DNA of 64,000 nt, taken from NCBI GenBank assembly GCA_009914755.4, contig CP068257.2:13056001-13120000 (forward strand). The letters are read 5' to 3'. The notes under the pieces are model-generated. The model saw only the letters and a list, made by a program, of their open reading frames with translations. It made no database searches and was not told where the DNA came from. Source of the DNA: the human T2T-CHM13v2.0 reference genome, Homo sapiens. Position 1 is the first letter of the stretch, and every line of letters begins with the position of its first letter. The position numbers and the translations under genes are program-made. Shown piece after piece: positions 14,271-28,261 of this stretch.

Positions 14271-16653
14271 ATGCACAGAAAGCCAGGAGTCTAGCGCAAG
14301 AAAAAAAAATCATGTAATTATTTCTACTGTTTCTCAGCGCTTTATAGTCTAGCCATGCTTAATAAATGTTTTTCTTTTATCATGTTTCCTCTTTTACCTT
14401 TGCCAAATAACATGTTACTGGTGGAATAAGTAATATTGTTCATAGAATTTTTAAAAATTGTAGCATACAGAAAGTAAGAATAACCCACAATTTCACCACC
14501 CAAATGAAAACTACTAAAAAGTTTTCATGAGATTTCTTCTCAGTCCTTTTCCTAATAAGCCTATTCTTAATTCAAAATCTCTAAGTACCTAAAAGCAGAG
14601 GGTTTGTAAGGACAACCTAAAAGATGACTTCTGGCTTATCAAAATATGTGTTCAAGGACATTTAAAAATGCAGAAGAAAAACATCTGATATGAACGAGAT
14701 GGTGCAGATTCTTCTTTCTCTGTTTCTCCCCAACTAAGTACAATTACAAACCCTGACAATTACATACAGCAACCATAGAATGACACAGAAGAATGATAAA
14801 AGAAAGGTGAACTGGCTAGAGGCCCCAGGAATGAAGGAAAAACACAACAGCCGGGATCTTCTGAACACCACATCCTTCATTCCACTTGCAGAAGGAGAAC
14901 CCAGGCCCGACATCTTCTGACCTAAACCTGTGGCGGAATGTTGCCCAAGCAAGTAGATTCCTTCCCCCATTCCCTGCAGATTAAATAAGAGTCTCCAACA
15001 ATAAGCAGCCTTGGAAATTGTTCTCTGCTTCCAAGATCAAGACTCTCCTTCTTCCCTCTCCCTGACCCCCTATTAGAGACACTGGGCGATCATGTCAGGC
15101 AGAAATTAAATGGGTACCCTACCAACAACAGAAATCCTATGAAACTGTATCAAACCCATGACCGGGGGTCTCCCTCTCCTTGCTTAAAGACTCTAGGTGG
15201 CCTAACCTGGTGGCCAGCACAAAGAGAATTTCAGGAGGCCCACTAGCACCAAGTAAACCAAAGAGACCAAAATTGACTATTAAGGCTCAGAAAGCTAAGT
15301 TGGGAGAGTAACTGTAGCCCACAAAATATAGGCTAGGGCCTATCACTTATAGAGGATGACTGCTTAATATAGCATAAAACTTAAATAGGATCCAGAGTAT
15401 TCTAACATAACCACCAAAATACGCAGGATATAATTTAAAATCACCTGCAATACTAAGCAATAGCAACAGGAAAATCATGACTTGAATGAGAAATGACAGC
15501 AGTTGACAACATTGAGAAAAGTAGGATATTGGAATTAACTAACAATAATTTTCTCATAGTCATCATAAAGGTTATTCAGCAAACAATTATGAATACCCTT
15601 GAAGCAAATGAAAAAAACAGAATATCTAACTAAAAATCAAAAGACTAGAAGGAAATTATAGAACTAAAACTACAATAACTGAAATAGAAATTTCACTGGC
15701 AGTGCTCAGTAGCAGAATAAGCATGACAGAGGAAAGAATAAGTAAATTTGAAGATAGAACAACAAATTACTCAATCTGAACAACAGAGAGAAAACTAACA
15801 TATACACACTTATGTATACACAAGGCTTCAGACATCTATGGGACAATAATAAAAGATCCAGGATTCATGTCATCAGCACCTCATAAGAGGAGAGGAAAGG
15901 GAGTGGAATGAAAAAAATATGTTAATAAATAATAGCTAAAAATTTTTAAAATTTTGTGTAAAAATCTATCTACAGTTTCAAGAAGCTAAGAAAACCTCAA
16001 GTAGAATAAACTCAAAGCACTCCACATAAGACACATATAATTGAAGTTCTGAAAACTACAAACAAAGAAAAAATCTTGAAAGCAGCTAGAGAGAAACAGC
16101 ACATTACCTATAGTGGAACAACAATTAGAATGACAGCTTTCTTATCTGAAACCATGGAGACCAGGGAGAAGTCTGATATTTTTCAAGTGCCTAAAGGAAA
16201 GAACTGTCAACCCCAAATATATCCTTCAAGAATGAATGGGGAAATACATACATTCTCAGAAAAAGGCAATCTAAGAAAAGTTATCATCAACAGACTTATC
16301 CTTAAAGAATGGCTAAAGGAAGTTCTCCAAACAGAAGGGAAATGATAATAAAGTAAGATTTGGAACTCCAGAAAGGAAGGACAAAAGAATGCAATGGGTA
16401 AAAATAAGAGTAAGTAGACCAGCCTCCTCATGAGTTTTAAAAATCATATTTGATGATTGAAGCAAAAATTCAATTAATAAAGAGAAAATATTCAAGTTAG
16501 TTGTATTTCCAGCGTGGGAGGCTAAAGAGACCTAAGTGGAAATAAGGTTTCTACACTTCGCTGGAAGTAGTAACATGTCAATACCAGTGGACTGGGTTAA
16601 GTTTTATACGCAGATTATAATATTTAGAGCAACCACTAAGAAAACTATACATT

Positions 16654-16974
<321 letters not shown>

Positions 16975-16994
16975 AAACTATACAAAGAAATATT

Positions 16995-17390
16995 GTATTA
17001 GTCAGCTGAGGATGCCATAACAAAATATCATAGACTAGGTGGCTTAAATAACATGAATTTATTTCTTACAGTTCTGGAAACTGGGAAGTCCAAGATCAAG
17101 GTGCCAGCAAGGTAGATTCCATTCTGAGCTTTCACTCTTCTCTTGGTTTGTAGGCAGTGATTGTCTTGCTGTGTATTAATGTGACCTCTTATTTGTTCAA
17201 GAGCTGAGAGACAGACAGCTTTCTCTCTTCCCCTTGTATAAGGGCACTAATCCCATCATGAGCTTATTGTCACCTTTATGACCTTCTCTAAATCTAATAA
17301 CTTCCCCAAAGTCCCATCTCCAAATACCATCACATTGCAGGCCAGAGCTTCAATATATAAATTGGAGAGGACTCAATTCAATCCATAGCA
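16995..17390 (-). mobile_element. MLT1-class MaLR solo LTR (antisense)
   Basis: 'tgtattagtcagctgaggatgccataacaaaatatcatagactaggtggcttaaataac...gaagtccaagatcaaggtgccagca' is the reverse complement of the MLT1 3' end ('...ccagaactgtgagaaataaatgtttgttgtttaagccacccagtctatggtattttgttatagcagcc...gacaa'). The subfamily is not resolved. Confidence 0.7.
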
Positions 17391-19059
17391 AATCTACTCA
17401 AAAACTTAGATATTACAAATTGAAATCCTCCCAAAATGGCAAACTCACTCACAGGAAGGCAAGAAAAGGGAGACACAGGGATGAGAAACAGATGGACTAG
17501 AAAACAAACAAACAAACAAACAAACAGTATGGCAGACTTAAGCCCTATCATATTACCTATAGTGTAAATAATTTAAATATACAATATAGTAACAGAGGTT
17601 GGCAGAATGAATAAAATATATGATTCAACTAGATGCTATCTACAAGAAACTCAGTTCAAAAACAACATATGTAGGTTGAAAGTAAAAGAATAGAAAGAGA
17701 TGCACCATGCAGGTGTAAATTTTCAAGAGCTCAGAAGGAACTCTTTGATCCCTTACACACTCATGATGCTCAGATACTTTAATACACAGTGAGTCTCAGT
17801 CTTCGTGAAATTGATAATTACTGTTTGTCAGACTTTCTTAGCTCTTCCTGAACCAGATTACTCAAATATTAATGGAAGATCTTTACAATATATTTTTTAA
17901 AGAGTAATAGCTAGACAATCATCTAGATAAGCACACTGAGAGAGGGAGATTGCCGATTAGAAGAGCAGCCAAAGCTAAAGAAAACATGTAGGCAAGATCA
18001 GTTATTTGAATGAGGGCCCTGCTTCGTATTTTGCATTTAGAAGAAAAAAAATCATACATTACAAAAATAGCAATGGAGAAAGGATAAATGGAAAGATAAT
18101 TTTTTATCTTCAGTTCTGTGGTGTGGCTTGTGGTTCTGCTCTTTTTAACATCTGTCAGCCTCCATCAATATATGCCTGCATAAGAATTCAGGCAATTATC
18201 ATTTGAAAGGTTGCAAAATTGTCCACACAGTGAAATTCACCTTCCGAGTTGTAGTTTGACAGCTACGTTGATAAGCTAAATCCAAATAAAATTAGCCTTC
18301 AGTTAGATGCTCTCACGTTACTGTAATAAACTTCCTGGGACATACAGTGTCCTTTGGAGGACCAGGAGCCTCACCCAAACAGACTTGAACAACTGTTGAC
18401 CAGACTTGACAGCATGCAGTCCACAGAAGTGCCTGAAGCCCCGGGGGTAGGGTGGTGGGAACAAAAAACAAAACCGTTTTTATCTTTTGCACTCTCCCTT
18501 TCTCCTCTAGGCCATTGTTGAAAAGGGTAGCTTTTTTTTTTAACATAAAAAGAAATATACTATACTTTCCATATTTTGGGCAATTTTAGGATGTTTTGTG
18601 GAATCTAGAATCAACCAGAGTTACCCTGAATGTACTGGAAAATCTTTTGATTGCTCCCAACTTACTTGTAAACCTCTATGTAAAAGTGCCATAAATACAA
18701 ACCTACAGATGGTCCTGAACTAGACCCTCTATAATATGATAACAGGAGCCACAAGAGAGCTCAGTGTGACATAGTGTGGAAATAAGATATGACCCTCCCT
18801 CATATATCCCTTCCACGATCTTGCATGATCCCTCATCATTATCATGAGAAATACTAATTTAGATGTTTAATCTGACTGCATCCTTTTTTCTCTTAGCCAC
18901 ATTCTCTCCGTAGCCAGATGCAGTAAAAGGACATTCACTATGAACAGAGTGATAAGTAAATTGACTTCATATTTCTAACACTAGATTATACAATGACCTT
19001 GCAGTGGTTTGGGGTGGGGGTAGCAAAGGATGGGCTTGGATAATCTTTCTCAGCATTAT

Positions 19060-19200
19060 TAATACTCTTCTTTTAATTCAGTTCAATTCTATTCAATTCA
19101 ACAAATATTTATTAGACACTTGGCATAACAGGCATTCCACAGTGCCGATAAACCAGGGGAAGACTATAAGTAGCTGTCAGTCTTATAAAGGAATATATTA
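19060..19200 (-). mobile_element. L2/MIR 3'-end fragment (antisense)
   Basis: 'ttcaattcaacaaatatttattagacacttggcataacaggcattccacagtgc' is the reverse complement of the L2 3' terminus. Confidence 0.4.
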
Positions 19201-21300
19201 AATGCAATAATGACAATATCACAAGATAAATCCCATTCTCCTCCCTTCTTTCCTTCTTTTCTCTTCCTTTCCTACTTTCTTTCTTATTTTTGTTCTTTTC
19301 TTTTGTTCCTGAGGGATCATATTCTTCAAAGTGACATTAACAAATTCAAACCAAGGTTGACTTCAACCTGTCATTTCTATAGCACATTTCATTTACCAAT
19401 CTAAGACATCAACACCCTCTTACAGTAGATACTATAAACTCAGTCACTTCCTTTGCAGAGACCTAGAGAGCTAAGAGGACTTTCTCAAGGTCATCCTTCA
19501 CTTTTCTGATGCACACAAAACAAGCACTAGCACCTTTGCTCTTTGGTTAAAAGCATCTCTCATACTGCAGTTTTCTGTCGCCAACTATAATGCACTACTG
19601 GTGATTTTCATCTACCTCTATATGAACACAAGACAGAGTGCGCCTCTTCCCTGGGTTATTTCCATAGCTACTGTATTTATTATATTAATGTTTATCACTT
19701 GGATGTCATTTAATGAATGTCTGCAGGGGGGAGGGAGAAGATAGAATGTTCAGGGAAAGAAGCTGTGCTATTAATTCAAATGGATAGTCAAGACAAGCAT
19801 GTACATTCACATTGCCATATGGGGGCTGTTTTAGGGCACTGAAGCAGTTAATTTTGTTTTAAAGACACAAGCTTAGATAAAATAGATCTTTTTGACTTGG
19901 TTGAGAATTGAAATTATAAAGCATGCAAGGCTTCAGATTAAAATGCTATATTATTCTCTCCTCCCCACCTTATCTGAGGAGTGTAATGCCCTTACAATAG
20001 CCCACTTCTTGAACTCTTTCCAATTTCAGATATTTCCTATCTCTTTTAATACCTCATTGCTTTTGCATCAATTACGGCCTGACCTAAAGCTGCACTGGAA
20101 GTGGAAGTGATATATAGTGGAATCCATTGAAATGAATTTCTGATGAAAGAATAAAACTGTTAAAAGAATACATTTACTGCACACAAATTTATACAAATCC
20201 CATATATGCTGTGAAATCCCCTGAAATGAAAAACTGATGAAAGATTAAAATGTTAAATGAATTAAAATCCACCATCCCAGTGAAATATAATGATGATTTG
20301 ACCTACTAAATGAATGGCCTAAATGAAGATATAAATTTGAAGTGCTCCAACGTATGTCAATTTTAAATGTGCAGTAAGCCAGCATAACACAAAAATATGG
20401 CTCTCACTATTAAAGGAACACATTTTTTCTGGAACCAGCCATTATTTAGAAACATCTGTGTTGGTGCTTTACATGATGAGAAAGGCAACATATTCTGTTG
20501 CTCATACAAGGTAACATCATGTATTAACCTTTCCCTCTTTCCTAATCCTTTATCTCTTGATCTCTTCAGATTATATTTGTATATACTGCCTTAGGGATGG
20601 GTAAGAATTGGGATACTCCTATGGCAATTTCTACCTTTCAGCAGGGGTCCTTCCTAAACTCAGTTTATATCATGCCTGAAGAATATAGAAAAATAATATT
20701 AGGATATACACTTTTAGTGAAACATAGGAAGTTAGCCAAGCAATTTTTATTAACAATTACTACCCTGCACATCTAATTCCCAATTTAACGTTAAAAAATA
20801 AAAACTATGTTGAAAAGCTCCTAGCAGTTAAAATAAGTTTGCAAACTAGTTTATTGCCCAGGTGAATTGTACGTTCTAACTCAGTTTAGGGCACAGGTAA
20901 TGTGTGTTTTGTTGATAATAAATTTAAGTTTCAGTCACTGAAAAATCATATTCTCTAATTAGGCACAACTAGAAGCCTTTCATCATTGGCAGGAAAAATA
21001 AAAATGCAATTGCACTATGGAAAACTGCGCCCAGTGATTCTCTGACCTCTAGTCAGATTATGGTATTATAGTCATTTGCAACTGGAAGCTATGGCCAGGA
21101 TAGAGGTCATTATCCTTATTGGCACCTCTGGCAGTGTCCAAATTTTAGAGCATATGGCCAAATGCACATGGTCATTAATTCGCATGGATCCACTGACCAA
21201 CATGAAATGATATATAACTTGCCTTCATGGACCAAAGCAGGAGGAGTTTCTATGCTAATGAAGTCTGGCCAATCCTGAACCTATTTCTCTCTCTCTCTCT

Positions 21301-21882
21301 TTTTTTTTTAATATATATTATTTTCTTTTACTTTAAGTTCTGGGATGGAGGTGCAGAACGTGCAGGTTTGTTACATAGGTACACATGTGCCATGGTGGTT
21401 TGCTGCACCTATCAACCCGTCATCTAGGTTTTAAGCCCTGCATGCATTAGGTATTTGTCCAAATACTATCCCTCCTCTTGCCTCCTACCCCTCAACAGGC
21501 CCTAGAGTGTGATGTTTCCCTCCCTGTGTCCACATGTTCTCATTGTACAACTCCCACTTATGAGTGAGAACATGTGGTGTTTGGTTTTCGGTTCTTGTGA
21601 TAGTTTGCTGAGAATGATGGTTTCCAGCTTCATCCGTGTCCATGCAAAGGACATGAACTCATTCTTTTTTTATGGCTGCATAGTATTCCATGGTGTATAT
21701 GTGCCACATTTTCTTTATCCAGTCTATCATTGATGGGCATTTGGGTTGGTTCCAAGTCTTTGCTATTGTAAATAGTGCTGCAATAAACATATGTGTGCAT
21801 GTGTCTTTATAGTAGAATGATTTATAATCCTTTGGGCATATACCCAGTAATGGGATTGCTGGGTCAAATGGTATTTCTGTCC
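21301..21882 (-). mobile_element. L1PA-type LINE 3'-end fragment (antisense; ORF2 C-terminus plus 3'UTR). A (CT)n repeat sits at 21286-21300 at its 3' tip
   Basis: 'actttaagttctgggat...gtgcaggtttgttacataggtacacatgtgccatggtggtttgctgcacc...ccagtaatgggattgctgggtcaaatggtatttctg' is a near-consensus L1PA 3' region in reverse complement. Track ORFs 21227/21509(+) lie within it. Confidence 0.9.
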
Positions 21883-22701
21883 TAAACCGATTTCTAAGGA
21901 GAAATAAAGTTGCTACTAAACTTCAGCTTCTTAAATTTTTATGAACTCTAGATATATTTTGGTAGAAAACTGCCCAAGCTTTACCGGAATTCCTAAAGAG
22001 GAAGGATTCCTAGGGTACAGCTATAAGTGGCCCAGGATAGTCTGCAATAATAATTGGCATAGCATTGAAATAAATATCTTGGGTGCTGCAACACCCTTTA
22101 AACTACACTCATCTAAAAGGCCACATGTTTTGCCTTTAGGGGATAACTTTGTTGTGTTGATCACCTGCAGGAGTTTCCATACCAGTGTCTAAATGCTTCA
22201 AGAGGAAGCACTTAGTCTTAGGTATCTTTGCAATTCTAAAGAAACCCACAGCACTCATTAAGTGTTTGATGACTTAAACTGAAACAGTAGAGAGCAATTT
22301 TACTCTGGCTAAAGTTATATGTAAACAAGACTTGAGGTTTTAGCACCCCATGGGGATGCCATAGTTGGCTCCCCTTACATTTCTTTATGTATTCCAGAAT
22401 ACTTTTGGAGTGCCTCTTCTGAAGTGTTAGGTACTAGGAATGGGTTTCCTGTCCTTAGGAGGCTTACTCTCTGTCAGAGATGCTCAGGTGCCTTGGCTAA
22501 TTGTTATCTGGTTATTATTTATCAAGGAACAATTACTACCAAGGCCTGTAGGAGGCATAGATTTACGTAGAAAACAAGGTGTAGTTTCAGTGTGAGGTAG
22601 AACTGATGGGTAAAGAAGCAGTTAAAATTGAATACGAGGAGTTACCTAAAGGGGTAAGCAGGGAATGGGAAGGAAGAAGTTATATCTAAACTGGAACCTG
22701 A

Positions 22702-22921
22702 GGCCAGGTGCGGTGGCTCATGCCTGTAATCTCAGCACTTTGGGAGGCTGAGGCAGGCAGGTCACTTGAAATCAGGAGTTTCAGACCAGCCTGGTCAACC
22801 CCGTCTCTACTAAAAATACAAAAATTAGCTGGGCATGGTGGTGCACACCTGTAATCCCAGCTACTCTGGAGGCTGAGGCAGGAGAATTGCTTCAATCTCA
22901 GAGGCAGAGATTGCAGTGAAA
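22702..22921 (+). mobile_element. Alu SINE, 3'-truncated (no A-tail)
   Basis: 'ggccaggtgcggtggctcatgcctgtaatctcagcactttgggaggctgaggcagg...gagattgcagtgaa'. Confidence 0.9.
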
Positions 22922-23372
22922 CGTGATTAAATACTTACTGGCATTACTCTTATCCCTAATATCACCTTAAAACTTAAAGACTGTCAATATCTGTTAGAGT
23001 CAGAGTGAAAAAGAATTCTGACATCACTGAGTTAAACATAGTGGAAATTAAGTTGCTGAAAATAAAAAAATGTATATTCTTTAAATGATAACTAAAAATA
23101 TGCATACATACCCTTATTAGTTTTTAGGGATATTCGTTGAAAATGAGGATTTATCTTCACTCAATTTTAACATAAAATCTAAAGATTACTTAGAATTATA
23201 AAACATAATTTAAATAAAATAAAAATATATATAAAATAAACATTAAAATCAATATAAAAGGCAACTAGGAAAGTTTAACAATTAATTTCTAACATTTCAA
23301 AGACTTCTTTTTTCCCTTATTGTTTTTTCCTTATTGTTTGTCAATTTCTAATTTAAATACATTAAGAATTAG

Positions 23373-23677
<305 letters not shown>

Positions 23678-24565
23678 TTAGAAAATCACACATATCTCAA
23701 ATTCTACATTACAGATCAAACTGTCTTTCAATAATTCTTTGGTTTATCTTTATCTTAGCCAATAATTCCTCTTTTATCTATTGTTATTAAATTCCATTTG
23801 ATTTTCTTATCTTTTGTATCCAATAGAATTAGTTTCTACTGTATATAATATACTAACAAAAAGTAGCACAGCTTAAACAAAATAGAAGTCTATTTCCCTG
23901 CAATGTGAAAAAATCCGCATGTAGCTAGTCGTTATTTTCTTAGAGAGGGTACAAAAAATTATCATAGTTCCTGATGACTTCTGTCTCACAGCTCTGTCAA
24001 TTTTATATTTGTTTTTCAAGATAGCTTCCAGGACTCTGACATATGTGAATATTCTGTTGACTGTATAGCTACAAAATAGAAAGTTTCCTAAGAGTTTTAA
24101 AAATATAGTAATCTGTACGTTCCTGGTGCTGTATGCCCTAAAGTCAAAAAGACCTTTCTTTTTATTTACTTATTTTTATTTTTTTATTTTTGCGGGTACA
24201 TAATATGTGTATATATTTATGGGGCACATGATATATTTTGGTACAGGCATGAAAAACAGCTTTCTTCAAAACAATTTATAACCTATTTCTATATGCATAT
24301 CATTGCTAATATTATATTGCTCTTCTTAGATTGCTTTCCGGGTAATGCAGGATAAAGCAAAGAGACTGATTGGTCTTTTGCTTATGATAGTTTGATTTTC
24401 TCATGGTATTTTGATTATAGCGTCTGTAACATACCTAAGAACTGGGATTCTCTGTGCGGGATAAAGAAAATATACAGTTCAGATGGACTAGGTTACGTAT
24501 ACACTGATAATTGTGAATTTGAATTAGAATTAAAAGTACAAATTCTTAATGTGTTTTGTGTTTAA

Positions 24566-24735
24566 AATATATATTATAATATATAATACATATATATTTT
24601 ATATGTATACATATATGAATTTTTAATACATATATGTATTTTTAATACATCTATCTTAATACATATATTAAATCCATATTTAATACATATATTTTAATAC
24701 ATATATTTTTAATACATATATACTTAATAACTCTG
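24566..24735. repeat. AT-rich minisatellite (unit ~12-16 bp 'taatacatatat(ttt)', ~9-10 imperfect copies)
   Basis: Direct read: 'taatacatatatgtatttttaatacatctatcttaatacatatattaaatccatatttaatacatatattttaatacatatatttttaatacatatatac'. Confidence 0.8.
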
Positions 24736-24787
24736 AAGCTGCCTAGAAAAAAATGGCCCACCTGGTAGCAATAACTACCTCTATCGT

Positions 24788-24935
24788 GCCAGGCATGGTG
24801 GCTCATGACTGTAATCTCAGCACTTTGGGAGGCTGAGGCAGGAGGATCACTTGAGCTCCGGTGTTCGAGATCAGCCTGGGCAACATAGCAAGATCCCATC
24901 TCTACAAAAAATTAAAAAATAATTAAAAACACCTC
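24788..24935 (+). mobile_element. Free left Alu monomer (FLAM-like), or an Alu truncated after the left arm, with an A-rich tail
   Basis: 'gccaggcatggtggctcatgactgtaatctcagcactttgggaggctgaggcaggaggatcacttgagc...ctctacaaaaaattaaaaaataattaaaaac', with no right arm. Confidence 0.7.
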
Positions 24936-25733
24936 TATCATGGTCTACAGATACCATTTCCTACAGGCTGATTCCAGACCTGGGGCAGAAAACGTACAAG
25001 ATGAGCCTGGATACTGTACCATACCATAGAACAAGAACACTATTATATATGACTAGGGTCTCATCAAGAGGATTTAGGAGCTGACTTAAAAGGACTCCCA
25101 CTGGCCAAAGATTGTTATGTAAAAGAATAAAAACGGCAAATGATTCAAACATATTAAATATGTTTGTTCATGAGTTCATAATGATGCAAAAATACGTACA
25201 TACACATGCACAGAGAGAGAGAACCAGAGGGAGGGAGGACAGAAAACATCTATTGTGTCATCCTCACCAGATTCTAGGGAAATAATTTATTATTTTGGGA
25301 ACCAGTAAATAAAGAAAAGAAACAAGGCATTTGTTTGCCTTGTCTACATCAACTATACCACTGGATAATCTAATAAAAGATCAGGAGATGTTTTTCTTTA
25401 TACAGATAGTCTAACTAACAAAAAACAAATGAATGATAGATTAGAAATTCACAATTTACAAAAAAATGCATTTATGACTTTTATGAGACTATTGAGAATT
25501 TGAACACTGGATATTTGATTAAGAAATTATTAACTTTAGGTGAGATACTAATATTTTGGCTATATTAAGGGAGTCATTATTAAAGGATCACAATAAATAT
25601 TTATGGATGAGATAATATGGTCTTTGCAATTCACTTCAGGATAATAGGAGGGAGAAAATGGAAGAAAGTATAGAGGGGCAAAATTGGCCTTAGCCTCATA
25701 TTTCTTGGAGCTGAGTGATGGAACTTCATTATA

Positions 25734-25810
25734 TTAGGTTGATGTGAAAGTAATTGTGGTTTTTGCCATTACAGTAGACAAAAACCACAATTACCTTTGC
25801 ACCAACACAA
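25734..25810. mobile_element. MADE1 (Hsmar1-derived mariner MITE), ~77 bp palindromic element. A miR-548-family-like hairpin
   Basis: 'ttaggttgatgtgaaagtaattgtggtttttgccattacagtagacaaaaaccacaattacctttgcaccaac' against the MADE1 consensus 'ttaggttggtgcaaaagtaattgcggtttttgccattacttttaatggcaaaaaccgcaattacttttgcaccaacctaa'. Confidence 0.85.
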
Positions 25811-27980
25811 TACTATGCTTTCTCCTTTTGTGTGTGATTAAAAGTCTCTATGTTAAAGGAAAATGTTAAGAAAGGGTATAATCATGACTTTTATAAAACT
25901 ATTAAATGAACCTAGGTCAAAGATTGTTTGTGGTTTATTAATTTATAAGGAAACCAATAAGATGTTACTACTAATTTTTAAGGAGATTATATAGTTTATA
26001 GGAGACGTCAAAGAAATAAATCTTTGTAAGCATTAAGTGTGCAGAAATGAATTTACAAAACTCACTTATTCCATGAAGCGTGTGGTTGTGGGGGTGGTAA
26101 CAGGAAAGGAATTGTATTTCCTCTGGACAAAATATGTTTACATGTCTATAGTCAGGAATCCTTTGTTGGTATCACTTATTTGCAATTTACAGAGTGGTTA
26201 AAAAGCTTAAAGGCAATGAAAGTTGTAGAAACACCATAGAATCAGATGACCTGAAAGAATATGTTTAGGCAGCACTTACTTTTCATTCTTTCTCACTTTT
26301 CAGTGATCTTTTCAGTCTTTCTCACTTTTTCCTATCGTCTCTGTGCTACGCAGAATAATGCCCACTCCCCACAACCCCCAGAGCCTGTGAATATGTTAAT
26401 TTACGTGGCAAATGAGACTATGCCGTTGTGATTAAATTGAGGATCTGGAGGTTGGGAGATTATCCTGGATTATCTGGATAGGCCCAATGTAATCACAGGA
26501 ATCCTTATATTGAGAGAAAACACAGGAAAGTCAAAGTAAAAGAAGGACATGTGACAATGGAAGGAGAGATTGAATTTATGCAATTGCTGACTTTGAAAAT
26601 GGAGGAGGCAGGCCTTGAGTGCAGGAAGGCAGGTAGCTTCTAGAAACTGCAAAAGTCAAGGAAACCAATTCTTCTCTAGGGCTTCCAGAAGAATGCAGCT
26701 CTGCATTCTGCAAAATGATCTCAGTGAGACCCATTGATTTCTGACCTCGGAACTGCACGATAATACATTCATGTTGTTTTGAGCCATTAAGTTTGTAGTA
26801 ATTTTTTACAGCAGCATAAGAAATTAATACAGTCTCCAACCACGCTGAGCTTTAAGATCATATTTATCTCAAACAAGGAGTATTCTTAATCACCAAAATA
26901 CTTGGTCCCACCCACGATTTTTAGCCTGATTGATTGCTAATAAGATGTAGCAAGAGTGTTGACAAATCTCTTTGAGACTGTTTTGAGAATCTAGAGCTAT
27001 GCAATGTGGAACAACCAGTGAGAACACAAACTTAACTTCTGTTTGTAAGTTTCCGTAAGAAATAATTTCTTTCTCAGCATTTCCTGCCTCATGCAAGTAC
27101 CAACATTTATCTCATTATATCTGGATTATTTAACACATGACTAATTTCTGGATTTCTCTGTATCAACTGTTGTATTTGTGCATTTAGAAACATCTCGTAT
27201 TCGTTCTCCTAAGACTAGAAACTCAAGCCTAACAAATACCTATATCACATTTCATCTGTATAATTTACAAATCTGACAGAATTCCTGTCTTCTAGGGGTC
27301 GCTCAAATTTTTTAAAGCTTTTACTCTACAGAGAAGTGACCGTCTTGCCATCTGTAAGACCAAACCCTGTAAGCCAATATTTCTGGGTGGGCTTTGTAGG
27401 CATTAGCTCCACACATAAAATCAACATTAGTTCCTTAAAAGTGACTTATCCTATCTAATTACATTTGTATTATTTTCAAAGATGATATTCACCTTGGTTG
27501 CATAGTTGATTTGTCCAAACATAACCTGGTAAAACAGAGAACAGATTCTACTGAATCTATTCACATAATTATGTTACTATGAAAAGTAATGATGCTTAGT
27601 AAAAGCTTTGAAATACAAAAGTCATTATAAATCAGCTACCATTTACAAATTTTTTTTTCAGTTTACGAAAGCAGTTTATTAAACTTCTGTGGGTTGTTAA
27701 TGGCTTAAGAAAAGATAGGACTTCCTCATATATTCAAAAAATAGAAAAACAAAACAACACTATTTCAAACAAACAAATTATTACAATAAAAATTTCCTCA
27801 TTAGCTCATTTAGATATATTTAATTAATTCTTGTGCTGCTGAATCTTGTGTTACCAGTTTCACAAAGCTGTCTAGTTTTCAACCTAAAATAATACGAGAA
27901 ACCCAGCCCCATCCACTGGTAGAATCTGAGAGCAAATTATCTCTGTAAAATCTCAGAGAGTAACTATTTTAGAATTTGCA

Positions 27981-28261
27981 GGCCAGGCCAGGAGCAATGG
28001 CTCACATCTGTAATAATGGTGCTTTGGGAGGCTGAAGTGGGAGAGCACCTTGAGCCCAGGAGTTCAAGACTAGCCTGGACAACAAAGCAAGATTTAGTCT
28101 CTACAAAAAATTAAAAAATTAGCTGAGCATGATGGCATGTGCCTACAATCCTGGCTACTCAGAAGGCTGAGGCAGGAGGATCTCTTGAGACCAGGAGTTC
28201 AAGGCTGCAGTGAGCTGTGACTGCACTGCAGCATGGGCAAGAGAAAAAGAAAAAATAATAA
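27981..28261 (+). mobile_element. Alu SINE (older, AluJ-like, diverged)
   Basis: 'ggccaggccaggagcaatggctcacatctgtaata...gctgcagtgagctgtgactgcactgcagcatgggcaagagaaaaagaaaaaataataa'. TSD 'aatttgca'. Confidence 0.9.

Noticed and set aside
16076-16345. 89-aa ORF with clear similarity to L1 ORF1p
   Set aside because: It is a genuine L1 ORF1 C-terminal remnant, but it is truncated and lies inside a disrupted L1. It is part of the mobile element and not a host gene.
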